A stretch of 64,000 nt of DNA. It comes from an uncultured delta proteobacterium. GTDB lineage: Bacteria; Desulfobacterota; RBG-13-43-22. Below the pieces are notes generated by a model. It saw only the letters and a program-made list of their open reading frames with translations. It ran no database searches and was not told where the DNA came from. Positions 49,352-58,873 of the stretch are shown here, piece after piece (position 1 is the first letter of the stretch; the number at the start of each line of letters is the position of its first letter). The DNA lies in the NCBI GenBank assembly GCA_963843145.1, contig CAWJJC010000017.1, positions 128,001-192,000 of the forward strand, given 5' to 3'. The position numbers and the translations under genes were made by a program.

Positions 49352-51139
49352 TTAGGAATAGAGTAAGTTGCCGTTCGGCCCGAATAAATCCGGGAATCGC
49401 TTGGCCATCTCATGGCGCACGTACCGGTTAATCTGCCCGACGGTGGTCAAGGTCAGCACTTCCTCGACAACCCGTCGGGATTCCTGGTAGGAGATCAGGC
49501 GGATGACCTGCTTCACCCGGGGGATGGTAACGGGATTCATGCTCAACTCGTCCAATCCCAACCCCAGCAGGATGGGTATATAGAGCGGGTCGCCGGCCAT
49601 CTCGCCGCACATGGCCACCGGGATATCCGCCCGATGACCGGCCTCGATGGTCTGATGAATCAGCCGCAAAATAGCCGGATGCAGGGGCTGATACATGTGG
49701 GCCACGTGTTCGTTGACCCGGTCGATGGCCAGGGTGTATTGGATCAGATCATTCGTACCGATGCTGAAGAAATCGACCTCCCGGGCCAGCAGATCGGCCG
49801 TAGCCACCGCTGAGGGTATTTCGATCATGATCCCGATCGGGATCTTGGGATCAAAGCGAATCCCCTCGGACCGCAACTCGGCCTCCACTTCCCGCAAGAT
49901 GGCCTTGGCCTGCAATACTTCATCAACATCTGAAATCATGGGGAACAAAATTTTCAAACGGCCGTAGAGACTGGCCCGCAAAATGGCCCGAAGTTGGCGT
50001 TTGAAAATATGCACCTCCTTGAGGCAAAAACGTATGGCCCGAAGTCCCAAGGCCGGATTCATTTCCTCGGCCAATTCCATTTGAGAGACGAACTTATCCC
50101 CCCCGATATCCAGGGTTCGGATGGTTACCGGGACCGGAGCGATCCGACGGGCCACCTCCTTAAAGTTTTCATATAGGGTTTCTTCCTTGGGCAGTTCTTT
50201 TTGGCTTAAATAGAAAAATTCGGTACGAAAAAGGCCGATTCCCTCCGCCCCGCTGTCCACCACCGCCCCCAACTCTTCCATGAATTCTATGTTGGCTCGG
50301 ACCTTCACGGCGTGTCCGTCCAAGGTTACGGCCGGCAAATGACTGTAGCGGGCTATTTCCGCTCGAAATTTTTCGTAGTTTTCCTTTCTGTCCGAGTAAT
50401 CCTGGACCGTTTTCTGATCCGGATTGATGATCACCCCTCCGTTGGTGCCGTCCAGGATGATCAGACTGCCGCTGCTGAATTCCTGAGTAATCCGCTCCAG
50501 ACCCACCACCGCCGGTATTTCCAGGGATTGGGCAATAATCGCCGTGTGGGAAGTTTTCCCCCCCATATCGGTGGCAAACCCCAGGACCCGGTCCAGGCGC
50601 ATCTGGCTGGTATCCGCCGGGGAGAGGTCATGGGCGACGATAATCACCGGTTCGCGGACCTCGGACAGGCTCTCCACCTTTTTCCCGGTTAAGTTCCGGA
50701 GGATCCGTTCGGAAACATCCTCCACGTCTTTGAACCGGGAGCGGATATACTCATCCTTGATCTTGGCAAAGGCCTCCTGGGCCTTTTCCACGGACTTTTT
50801 TATGGCCCATTCGGCATTGATCTGTTCGGATCTAATCTGCTCCAGGGTATGATCAAAGAGCAGTTTATCCCGCAGGATCAGGCGATGGGAGTCGAAAATG
50901 CCGGCCTGGTCCTTGATTTCCTCCGGCATCTCCTCCTGGATCTGTCGTAGTTGTTCCTCCGCCCGATCCACGGCCTGACGGAAGCGCTCGATTTCCTCCA
51001 CGACTTTATTATCGTCCAGGAGATACTGGTAGATCACCTTGACCCGACTGCGGTCAACCAGGTAGGCCCGCCCGATGGCTACTCCGGCCGAGGCCCCGAT
51101 GCCCTTTAAAAACCGCATTGTATTCTTTTTTTGGGTCAT
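49352..51139 (-). CDS. ptsI: PTS enzyme I (PEP-protein phosphotransferase)
   Basis: GGKTSHTAI phospho-His, GIGLFRTE, RTLDIGGDK, SIGTNDL, MCGEMAG. Confidence 0.96.
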   Translation of the reverse strand: MTQKKNTMRFLKGIGASAGVAIGRAYLVDRSRVKVIYQYLLDDNKVVEEIERFRQAVDRAEEQLRQIQEEMPEEIKDQAGIFDSHRLILRDKLLFDHTLEQIRSEQINAEWAIKKSVEKAQEAFAKIKDEYIRSRFKDVEDVSERILRNLTGKKVESLSEVREPVIIVAHDLSPADTSQMRLDRVLGFATDMGGKTSHTAIIAQSLEIPAVVGLERITQEFSSGSLIILDGTNGGVIINPDQKTVQDYSDRKENYEKFRAEIARYSHLPAVTLDGHAVKVRANIEFMEELGAVVDSGAEGIGLFRTEFFYLSQKELPKEETLYENFKEVARRIAPVPVTIRTLDIGGDKFVSQMELAEEMNPALGLRAIRFCLKEVHIFKRQLRAILRASLYGRLKILFPMISDVDEVLQAKAILREVEAELRSEGIRFDPKIPIGIMIEIPSAVATADLLAREVDFFSIGTNDLIQYTLAIDRVNEHVAHMYQPLHPAILRLIHQTIEAGHRADIPVAMCGEMAGDPLYIPILLGLGLDELSMNPVTIPRVKQVIRLISYQESRRVVEEVLTLTTVGQINRYVRHEMAKRFPDLFGPNGNLLYS

Positions 51140-51143
51140 GGTC

Positions 51144-51407
51144 TCAGTCTTCCCCAAACTTATCTTCAATGAGGGTCTCCACGGCCGCCATCAGCGCTTC
51201 CGCCTGTTCCCCTTCCGTGCGGACCGTAATCTTGGAACCAAAAGGACAGGCCAGGATCAATAAATTCAAAATGCTTTTCCCGTCCACTTCCTGGCCGTCA
51301 AAGCGGATAAAGAGGTCGGCCTGAAAAGGTTGGCTGATTTGAACCAATTTGGCTGAAGACCGGGCATGGAGCCCCAGTTGATTCTTGATGATAAATTGTC
51401 GTTCCAT
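51144..51407 (-). CDS. ptsH: Phosphocarrier protein HPr
   Basis: GLHAR (His15), DGKSIL (Ser46). Confidence 0.94.
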   Translation of the reverse strand: MERQFIIKNQLGLHARSSAKLVQISQPFQADLFIRFDGQEVDGKSILNLLILACPFGSKITVRTEGEQAEALMAAVETLIEDKFGED

Positions 51408-51414
51408 GGCTTTA

Positions 51415-52125
51415 TCAAGGAGTTTTTCCTTCGGAAGGGGCCAGGATAAGCGTTATTTCCCCCAAAACTTCTTTGTCTCCGAGGCCTTGGAGCACCTGGC
51501 TTACCGTTCCAGAAAGCAATTCTTCGTGTATTTTAGTCAACTCCCGGGTCAAAAAGACATCGATGTCTCCCAGCAAATCTCTTATTTCCGCCAATAACTT
51601 CTTAATCCGGTAGGGGGATTCATAAAGCACTACCGTTCGGCCCTGGGCGGCCATTTCCTCGAGGATTCTCCTCCTCCGGCTCTTGCGTCTGGGCAGAAAC
51701 CCCAAAAAAACGAAGGCCCCCCCTTCCATCCCCGAGACGCTAAGGGCGCAGGCCACAGCGGAGGGACCCGGAATAGGCACTACCGGGATCCCGGACTCCC
51801 GAGCCTGGCGGACCAATTCCTGACCGGGATCACTGATCCCCGGAGTACCCCCGTCGGTCACCAGGCCGACCTGCTCCCCTCGGAGCAAACGCTCTATCAG
51901 CACCCGGGATTTGCCCTGTTTATTGTACTCATGGTAGCTGGTCAGGGGCACATGGAGATCATACGCGGCCAGCAATTTCTGAGTTCTCCGGGTGTCTTCA
52001 GCGGCAATCAGGTTGGAGGTCTTCAGCACCTCCAGGGCCCTCAGGGTGATATCCTTAAGGTTTCCCAGGGGAGTCGCCACCACATAAAGGGTTCCCGGTT
52101 CGCCGGCTGCCCCGGTCCGTTCCAT
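51415..52125 (-). CDS. rsmI: 16S rRNA C1402 2'-O-methyltransferase
   Basis: LYVVATPLGNL.DIT.RA, AEDTR, GTPGISDPG, RELTKIHEE. Confidence 0.95.
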   Translation of the reverse strand: MERTGAAGEPGTLYVVATPLGNLKDITLRALEVLKTSNLIAAEDTRRTQKLLAAYDLHVPLTSYHEYNKQGKSRVLIERLLRGEQVGLVTDGGTPGISDPGQELVRQARESGIPVVPIPGPSAVACALSVSGMEGGAFVFLGFLPRRKSRRRRILEEMAAQGRTVVLYESPYRIKKLLAEIRDLLGDIDVFLTRELTKIHEELLSGTVSQVLQGLGDKEVLGEITLILAPSEGKTP

Positions 52126-52514
52126 TATCCTACCAGATCGAAGGCATTGCGAAACAATTCAATCCGCTCCCCCTGGCGCTCCAGATCGACCGCCACCACA
52201 TCAAACCGGGCCGGGCGGTCCTTCCAGGCCTTCAAATTCAAATAATACAAGGCCAACCGCGACAGCTTCATTTGCTTCTTTCGATCTACCGCCCACTTGG
52301 CCGATCCAAAGGAGGTCGACTCTCGGGTCTTAACCTCCACGAAAACCAAGGTCTGACCTTCGCGGGCGACAATATCGATTTCTCCGATGGGGGTCTTGAA
52401 ATTCCGCTCGATTATTTTATAGCCCTTCTCTTTCAATAGCGTACAGGCCAGCGCTTCTCCCCGAGCCCCCAGGTTAGGCAAAGCCCGGTCGGCAACTCCG
52501 GCGCTATTCTCCAT
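52125..52514 (-). CDS. YraN (UPF0102) family nuclease-like protein
   Basis: GARGE, GEIDIVA..LVFVEVKTR, RFDVVAV. Confidence 0.93.
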   Translation of the reverse strand: MENSAGVADRALPNLGARGEALACTLLKEKGYKIIERNFKTPIGEIDIVAREGQTLVFVEVKTRESTSFGSAKWAVDRKKQMKLSRLALYYLNLKAWKDRPARFDVVAVDLERQGERIELFRNAFDLVG

Positions 52515-53142
52515 CGCGGGCCACCCCCCTGAAGCTCCGCCGATGAAGGGGGCAAGGGCCGTAGCGACGCAAAGCCTCCAGGTGTTCCCGCGTCCCATAC
52601 CCCTTGTTGCCGGGAAAATTATATTCAGGGAAGCGGATATGGCAGGATTCCATCATCTTGTCCCGAATGACTTTGGCCACGATGGAGGCCGCCCCGATCG
52701 TCAGGCTGCGGGCATCTCCCCGGATCAGGCACTGTTGGGGGACCGCAAGATCAAGCGCCCGGTTACCGTCCACCAGCAGAAGGTCCGGAGCAATCGGCAA
52801 CCGCAGGACGGCCGTTTTCATGGCCTTCAAGGCCGCTTGAAGAATATTGATCCGATCCACCTCTCCGGCATCCACGGACCCTAACCCAATGGCCAGGGCC
52901 TTTTCCCGGATGAGGGGGAAAAGGGCTTCCCTTTGTTTGGCCGTTAATTTTTTGGAATCGGTGATACCCGGGATGAGCACCGCAGTGGGGAAGATCACCG
53001 CGGCGGCAAGAACCGGTCCGGCCAACGGTCCCCGGCCGACTTCATCTACACCGGCAATACATAGCGATTCGAGGGATCGAAGGGAAAACTCATAATAGAC
53101 TGGGGCGCTCTGTCGGTTTGCTCGACGGCCCATTTGATTCAA
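52504..53142 (-). CDS. rnhB: Ribonuclease HII
   Basis: GVDEVGRGPLAGPV, DSKKL, AASIVAKV, NKGYGT..H. Confidence 0.96.
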   Translation of the reverse strand: MNQMGRRANRQSAPVYYEFSLRSLESLCIAGVDEVGRGPLAGPVLAAAVIFPTAVLIPGITDSKKLTAKQREALFPLIREKALAIGLGSVDAGEVDRINILQAALKAMKTAVLRLPIAPDLLLVDGNRALDLAVPQQCLIRGDARSLTIGAASIVAKVIRDKMMESCHIRFPEYNFPGNKGYGTREHLEALRRYGPCPLHRRSFRGVARDGE

Positions 53143-53227
53143 ATTCGAAATCCGAATACCCTGCCTTAGGCGGGGAACAAATTCAAACGATCATATCTCA
53201 AAATAGAGCGGCGGAAGAGCCAACTCC

Positions 53228-53587
53228 TCAGGCGGGTTTTTGAAAGGTCCTTTTCTCTTTTATACGCGCCGCCCGGCCTTTTAGACCCCTTAAATAATAA
53301 AGCCTGGCCCGCCGCACCTTTCCTCGGCTGATAATATCGATCCGGTCGATCGACGGGGAGTGAGTGGGGAAGATACGTTCCACTCCCACGCCGTAAGAAA
53401 CTTTCCGCACCGTAAAAGTCGCCCCGGTATTCCCTTTCCGATTGCGGATGACCACGCCCTCGAAAACCTGGATCCGTTCTTTTTCGCCTTCTTTTATTTT
53501 CACATGGACTCGAATCTGATCACCGGTCCGAATGTCGGGCAAATCGGCACGCATTTGTTCTTTTTCCAACAAGGTTAAGACATCCAC
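53228..53587 (-). CDS. rplS: 50S ribosomal protein L19
   Basis: [38 protein letters not shown]. Confidence 0.98.
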   Translation of the reverse strand: MDVLTLLEKEQMRADLPDIRTGDQIRVHVKIKEGEKERIQVFEGVVIRNRKGNTGATFTVRKVSYGVGVERIFPTHSPSIDRIDIISRGKVRRARLYYLRGLKGRAARIKEKRTFQKPA

Positions 53588-53610
53588 GGCTTTACTCCTC
53601 TATAGATAAT

Positions 53611-54381
53611 TTAATGTTTCCGTTTCCGGTGGTCCGGCTTCGTTTTGACGGCCTCCTGGGCTAAGGCCAAAAACTCCAAATCCTCGGTTTTCAATGGCGC
53701 TTTAGCTAACAGTTCCGGCCGGACGGCCATGGTCCCGGCCAGCGATTCTTCGCGTCGCCAACGGCGAATCTGGGCATGGTTCCCGGTCAAGAGCATCTCG
53801 GGAACCTTATGGTTTTCAAAATTTCCGGGGCGGGTGTATTGGGGGTACTCCAACAGGTGGTCCTCGTAGGATTCCTGATCGATAGACTCCGAACTCCCCA
53901 AAACCTCCGGTATCAGTCGCACCACCCCGTCCAGCATCACCAGGGCCGCCGGTTCCCCTCCGCTCAAGACGTAATCGCCGACGGAAATCTGGTCCTGGCA
54001 GTAATGGGCCCCTACCCGTTCATCCACCCCTTCATAACGGCCGCAGATCAAAACCAGTCGTCCTTGCGCCGCGATTTTTTTCAAAATCCCTTGATCCAGG
54101 GGCCGCCCCCGAGGCGTCAACAGAATACTGTACGGCCGGCCGGGAGGAATCCCCTGGAGAAAAGTCAGGGCCCGCACGATCGGTTCCGGTTTCAAAACCA
54201 TCCCCGGCCCACCCCCGAAAGGCCGATCATCCACGGTGCGATGTCGGTCGAGGGTAAACTCACGCAGATTAAAAATTCTGACCTGGACCAGACCCTTTTC
54301 AATTCCCCGGTGGATCATCCCCTCCTGGAGGGGGGAGGCAAAATAACTCGGAGAAAGGGTCAGGATGTCAATGACCATCAA
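53611..54381 (-). CDS. trmD: tRNA (guanine37-N1)-methyltransferase
   Basis: VDDRPFGGGPGM, CGRYEGVDER, SVGDYVLSGGE, LEYPQYTRP. Confidence 0.97.
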   Translation of the reverse strand: MMVIDILTLSPSYFASPLQEGMIHRGIEKGLVQVRIFNLREFTLDRHRTVDDRPFGGGPGMVLKPEPIVRALTFLQGIPPGRPYSILLTPRGRPLDQGILKKIAAQGRLVLICGRYEGVDERVGAHYCQDQISVGDYVLSGGEPAALVMLDGVVRLIPEVLGSSESIDQESYEDHLLEYPQYTRPGNFENHKVPEMLLTGNHAQIRRWRREESLAGTMAVRPELLAKAPLKTEDLEFLALAQEAVKTKPDHRKRKH

Positions 54382-54889
54382 CCTCCCACAATCCCTGTAG
54401 CGTCCGAACTTTTATCTCTCCCTCCCCTTGATCCACGGAAAGGATCACCTCGGCTACAGCCGGTATTAAATATTCTCTTCCCGGGGTCCTGGCCACCCAG
54501 ACATCGTGAGCCGGCGTGGAGATCACCTCCTCCAAGCGGCCCAAAAACCGCCCTTCCTCGCTGACCACGCGCAAGCCGATCAATTGGTACCAGTAATACT
54601 CCCCCTCCGGGAGTTTCCCCAGGCTTTCTTCCCGCACATAAAGTGACCTCCCTACCAAGGCCTCCGCTGCCTGACGGTCTTCCACCCCTGTGAAACGAAG
54701 GATAAAATGGTGGTCGCCGGCCTTAGACTCGGAAATCACATAATCTGTCTGTTCTTCATCCTGCCGGACATAAATCCGGGCACCGGGCTTAAAACTTTCC
54801 CCTGAAGCCGGATCGGCCTGAACCTTCAAATGTCCCCTCAGGCCGTGAGGTTTAGTGATCGCTCCGATCCAAAGAAACCCAGACCCCAT
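54368..54889 (-). CDS. rimM: Ribosome maturation factor RimM
   Basis: IG.ITKPHGLRG, EGEYYWYQLIGL, LIPAV; rpsP-KH-rimM-trmD synteny. Confidence 0.95.
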   Translation of the reverse strand: MGSGFLWIGAITKPHGLRGHLKVQADPASGESFKPGARIYVRQDEEQTDYVISESKAGDHHFILRFTGVEDRQAAEALVGRSLYVREESLGKLPEGEYYWYQLIGLRVVSEEGRFLGRLEEVISTPAHDVWVARTPGREYLIPAVAEVILSVDQGEGEIKVRTLQGLWEVDGH

Positions 54890-54902
54890 GGGGATTAGAA
54901 CA

Positions 54903-55133
54903 TCACTCGAGGATTTCCAACACGGAACGTTTCTTAATTTTGGTGGAAGCCGCACTTAGAATGGTTCGGATGGCCCGAGCGGTCCGCCCTTGCTTGCCGA
55001 TGATTTTGCCCAGGTCTTCCTTGGCCACTTTCAATTCGAGGACCGAAGTCTGTTCCCCTTCAATCTCGTGAACTTCCACTTGATCCGGATTGTCAACCAA
55101 AGCCTTCGCAATATACTTTACCAGCTCTTTCAT
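54903..55133 (-). CDS. khpA: KH-domain RNA-binding protein (KhpA/UPF0109)
   Basis: [17 protein letters not shown]. Confidence 0.93.
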   Translation of the reverse strand: MKELVKYIAKALVDNPDQVEVHEIEGEQTSVLELKVAKEDLGKIIGKQGRTARAIRTILSAASTKIKKRSVLEILE

Positions 55134-55218
55134 GCCGCTACCTCCCGCAAGTGAATAAATCCTCCAGTCGCCAAATCCCGTTGCCGGATCTCCGGATTCA
55201 GAGCCCCTGGGCTTTGAT

Positions 55219-55473
55219 TTAAAGGGCTTCCTTTAGGACTCCAGACGACCGAATCAAGTTTTCCACGGTGGTACTGGGGCGGGCCCCTACGGAGAGCCAT
55301 TTTTTCAAGCTCTCCGGTTTCCAGGAAATCTGGGCCGGATCGCTATTGGGATTATAAGTCCCCAGGATTTCAATAAACTTCCCGTCCCGCGGGGACTCGG
55401 CACTAGCCACCACCATGCGATAAAAGGGCTTCTTCTTAGCCCCCATGCGCGTTAACCGTATCCTTACCGCCAT
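55219..55473 (-). CDS. rpsP: 30S ribosomal protein S16
   Basis: [32 protein letters not shown]. Confidence 0.98.
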   Translation of the reverse strand: MAVRIRLTRMGAKKKPFYRMVVASAESPRDGKFIEILGTYNPNSDPAQISWKPESLKKWLSVGARPSTTVENLIRSSGVLKEAL

Positions 55474-55523
55474 ATCCGTTTCTCCTTCCCTTATTTGCTC
55501 TCTATTGATTATATCGAATTCCA

Positions 55524-56855
55524 CTAAAAAGGCAAGAAACCTCTTTTCAGGCTCTTTTTGCCTCCCTTGGTAAATTGTTTAATCATCTTTTGTACTTGTT
55601 CAAAATTCTTTATCAGTTTATTTACATCCTGGACCGTAGTACCGCTCCCTCGGGCAATCCGCCTTCGGCGGCTGCCGTTGAGCAGGTGATAATTTTTGCG
55701 CTCCTCCGGGGTCATGGAATTGATCATGGCCTCGGTGAGGACCAATTCCTTCTCGTCGGGCTGAGCATCTTTCAAGGCCTTGACCCGATTAAAACCGGGA
55801 ATCATCTGCATGATCTGGTCCATAGACCCTATTTTCTTGATCTGGCGAAGCTGGTCCTTGAAATCCTCTAAGGTAAAACTCTCCTTCCGGATTTTCCGGG
55901 CCAGTTCATCGGCCTGTTTTTGATCGAACTGGGATTGCGCTTTTTCGATCAGCGAAAGCATGTCGCCCATACCCAGGATTCGGGAAGCCATGCGGTCCGG
56001 GTAAAAAGGCTCTAAGGCGTCTAATTTCTCCCCCACGCCGATAAACTTGATCGGTTTTTCGATGACCGCCTTGATGGACAGGGCGGCGCCTCCCCGGGCA
56101 TCGCCCTCCATTTTGGTCAGGATGACCCCGGTCACCTCCAGGATTTCGTTGAACTTTTGGGCAACGTTGACGGCATCCTGGCCCGTCATGGCATCGGCCA
56201 CCAAAAGGATTTCATTGGGCCGGATCCGCTCTTTGATCCGCCTCAATTCATCCATCAGCCCCTGGTCGATATGCAACCGACCGGCGGTATCCATAATCAG
56301 GGGATTCAAACCTTGCTGGCGAGCCCACTCCCAGGCTTGGGAACACAAATCCACCGGGTCCAGCTCCCGATGGGCAGGAAAAATCTCCACGCCGGCCATT
56401 TCCGCGACTTTCTGAAGCTGCTCCATCGCCGCCGGACGGTAGACATCGGCGGAGACCAGGGCCGGTCGAAAATTCTTCTGTTTTAACCACAGGGCCAGCT
56501 TGCCGGCGCTGGTGGTCTTTCCGGAGCCTTGCAGACCGACCAGCAGGATGGGAATCGGCGGGCGGCCGGCCAAATTCAAGTCCTGGCGCATCCCGCCCAT
56601 TAAAACGGTCAATTCCTCCTGGACGATCTTGATGACCTGCTGAGCCGGGGTCAGGCTGCCGAGGACTTCCTGCCCCAGGGACCGTTGGCGGACTTTTTCA
56701 ATAAAATCCTTGGCGACCTTGTAATGGACGTCAGCCTCCAGCAAGGCCAGACGCACTTCCCGCAGGCCCTCTTTCATGTTGGCTTCAGTCAGCTTGCCCT
56801 GGCCCTTTAATTTCTTAAAGGTCAAGTTCAGCCGGTCACTAAGGGATTCGAACAT
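55524..56855 (-). CDS. ffh: Signal recognition particle protein
   Basis: MFESLSDRL, GLQGSGKTT, DTAGR, TKMEGDARGG, M domain SMT..ER. Confidence 0.97.
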   Translation of the reverse strand: MFESLSDRLNLTFKKLKGQGKLTEANMKEGLREVRLALLEADVHYKVAKDFIEKVRQRSLGQEVLGSLTPAQQVIKIVQEELTVLMGGMRQDLNLAGRPPIPILLVGLQGSGKTTSAGKLALWLKQKNFRPALVSADVYRPAAMEQLQKVAEMAGVEIFPAHRELDPVDLCSQAWEWARQQGLNPLIMDTAGRLHIDQGLMDELRRIKERIRPNEILLVADAMTGQDAVNVAQKFNEILEVTGVILTKMEGDARGGAALSIKAVIEKPIKFIGVGEKLDALEPFYPDRMASRILGMGDMLSLIEKAQSQFDQKQADELARKIRKESFTLEDFKDQLRQIKKIGSMDQIMQMIPGFNRVKALKDAQPDEKELVLTEAMINSMTPEERKNYHLLNGSRRRRIARGSGTTVQDVNKLIKNFEQVQKMIKQFTKGGKKSLKRGFLPF

Positions 56856-56953
56856 GGTCTTACCTGAAAAATTAAAAATTTTAAATTTATTCTTATCTAC
56901 TAATAATGTCAATAACTTTTTTTTAATCGCTCGCCGATCAATAAACAAATATC

Positions 56954-56982
56954 TTGACAAAAAAAATCCGGAAAGTTATTTT
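56954..56982 (+). promoter_or_regulatory. tRNA operon promoter TTGACA-N17-TATTTT
   Basis: Perfect -35 box and 17-nt spacer; ends 13 nt before tRNA-Lys. Confidence 0.75.
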
Positions 56983-56995
56983 AATCATTTTCTCG

Positions 56996-57071
56996 GGGCC
57001 GTTAACTCAGGAGGTAGAGTATCTGCCTTTTAAGCAGAGAGTCGTTGGTTCGAATCCAACACGGCCCACCA
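56996..57071 (+). tRNA. tRNA-Lys(TTT)
   Basis: Acceptor GGGCCGT/ACGGCCC-ACCA, anticodon arm TCTGC-CTTTTAA-GCAGA, GGTTCGAATCC. Confidence 0.97.
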
Positions 57072-57078
57072 AGGAGAC

Positions 57079-57156
57079 GTCCCCATCGTCTAGCCTGGCC
57101 CAGGACACCGGCCTTTCACGCCGGCAACACGGGTTCAAATCCCGTTGGGGACGCCA
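57079..57156 (+). tRNA. tRNA-Glu(TTC)
   Basis: Acceptor GTCCCCA/TGGGGAC-GCCA, anticodon arm CCGGC-CTTTCAC-GCCGG, GGTTCAAATCC. Confidence 0.97.
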
Positions 57157-57167
57157 AGAACTTTCCA

Positions 57168-57199
57168 GGGGTTGGCCTGCCGGGCCGACCCTTTTTTTT
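57168..57199 (+). terminator. Intrinsic terminator after the tRNA pair
   Basis: GGGTTGGCC-TGCCG-GGCCGACCC followed by T8. Confidence 0.85.
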
Positions 57200-57291
57200 C
57201 CTTTTCCCTATATATGCTTTTACTGATATAGAGAAAAATGATATTGCCACGACCTTCCGGGTTGGATTCACAGCCCCGGGATTGGACCCCT

Positions 57292-58002
57292 ATGAAGCAT
57301 CCAGGCCTCACGGTCACCTTCATCATAACGATCCTCTTGGCGGGTTTCAGCCACTCCCCGGCGAGTGAACCGCCCGAGACGAAGGTTCCTCGCCCCGAGA
57401 GAAGCCTCCTTTTCAGTCTCCAATACGGATGGCCGGCCCGGTATTTCTCGGACAAATTGTATTCCAACTTCAATACCTTCAGTTTCAATGCGGCCTTCGA
57501 AAAGGAATGCGGAGTCATCATTTTCCCGGCAGGTGGTCCTCTTTCGGAATCCCTGCTGCTGGAATTCAGGCTCTTGAAGATCTGGGGGAACGCTATCCCC
57601 CTTAATGACGATCAGGTTTCCGGCGAAAAACTAGCCCGGGCCAAACAGCAGGGACATGAGCCTACCGTCAACTGGGACACCTATCAGCTAGGCCTGACCC
57701 CTTTCTATCGGATCTATTACCCGATTACCAAGAACTTCAGGCCCTATTTCGAATTAGGGGCCGGGTTAACCTGGTTGCTGGAGGGGTTGATTGAAAATGG
57801 CACCCGCTGGAATTTTTCACTCTATTCCGGCCTGGGCACCGAATTCAGATGGGGAGGCCTCCCCCTTCACGCCTTTTTACGCCTGGAACATTTCAGCAAC
57901 GGAATGAAGTATTGGCATCAGATGGGCCTGTCGGACCAAAGGTTGATCGGCCCGGAAACCCTGGTCCTGGGGCTGGGAATCCGTTATCCGTTGGATATAT
58001 GA
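57292..58002 (+). CDS. PagL-like (acyloxyacyl hydrolase) outer-membrane beta-barrel, paralog 1
   Basis: Signal peptide, RPYFELGAG, WNF, RLEHFSNG, C-terminal LGLGIRYP. Confidence 0.75.
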   Translation: MKHPGLTVTFIITILLAGFSHSPASEPPETKVPRPERSLLFSLQYGWPARYFSDKLYSNFNTFSFNAAFEKECGVIIFPAGGPLSESLLLEFRLLKIWGNAIPLNDDQVSGEKLARAKQQGHEPTVNWDTYQLGLTPFYRIYYPITKNFRPYFELGAGLTWLLEGLIENGTRWNFSLYSGLGTEFRWGGLPLHAFLRLEHFSNGMKYWHQMGLSDQRLIGPETLVLGLGIRYPLDI

Positions 58003-58051
58003 TGCTCCCCGGCCGCTGGAACTCTACTGAAAGGGCCCCTTCCCTCTCCCC

Positions 58052-58765
58052 ATGAACCGATTTCTGCTTCACCTGGTCTTATCCTTTCCGCTGTTGCTAG
58101 CCCTCCTCGCCCCCGGGCAAGGCTGGTGCGTCTCCAGGGAACTCGACGAATCGAGTCTGAAGGGGAAAAGCCTCTTGGTCCAATTCCAGTCCGGCTGGCC
58201 GGTTCAGTTGGTCTCTGACATCCTCTATGAAAACACCCGGGTGAACAGCCTGAGCATTGGTTTGGAGAATGAACTGGCCTCCTGGGTGTTCCTAAGAAAA
58301 ATCAGACTGATCGGATCCTTGTTGACCGAACTGCGCCTCTCCAAAATCTACGGTCGGGAGGTGCCTCTCTCCCGGGATCAGGTCTCAGCCCAGGAATGGC
58401 TCCAGGCCCAAAAAGAGGGCCGCCGGCCGACCACGAATTGGGACCTGTTTCAGATCGGACTTACACCCGTTTATCGCGTCTATCTTCCCCTGTCTAAAGA
58501 TCTTCGCCCCTTTCTGGAAGCCGGCATCGGGTTCACCTACCTGCAGGATGTCCTGATCAAAGAAGGGACGTCCTGGAATTTTCTGCTGCTCCTGGGGATT
58601 GGTTCGGACTTGAAATTATGTGATTGTCTGCCGGTCAGTGTCACTTTGCGCCTGGAGCATTTCAGCAATGGCGGGAAAATCGGGGGAGATTGGGGTATTA
58701 CCGACAAACGGGTCATCGGCCCGGAAACGATGGCCCTGGGATTGGGGGTCCGGATCCCGTTCTAA
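58052..58765 (+). CDS. PagL-like (acyloxyacyl hydrolase) outer-membrane beta-barrel, paralog 2
   Basis: Signal peptide, RPFLEAGIG, WNF, RLEHFSNG, terminal Phe. Confidence 0.75.
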   Translation: MNRFLLHLVLSFPLLLALLAPGQGWCVSRELDESSLKGKSLLVQFQSGWPVQLVSDILYENTRVNSLSIGLENELASWVFLRKIRLIGSLLTELRLSKIYGREVPLSRDQVSAQEWLQAQKEGRRPTTNWDLFQIGLTPVYRVYLPLSKDLRPFLEAGIGFTYLQDVLIKEGTSWNFLLLLGIGSDLKLCDCLPVSVTLRLEHFSNGGKIGGDWGITDKRVIGPETMALGLGVRIPF

Positions 58766-58873
58766 ATGAAACGCCTCCTCCCCGGAGGCGGACAGGAATT
58801 TACATCAATCACCGATGACCACGGCGTCGTTGATGTAGTCAGGTAATAAATGAGGACGGAAAGGAGAAAAGAT

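Noticed and set aside
49352-51407. PTS EI and HPr without an EII permease, next to smpB
   Set aside because: Incomplete regulatory PTS sets are common; nothing unusual in the motifs.
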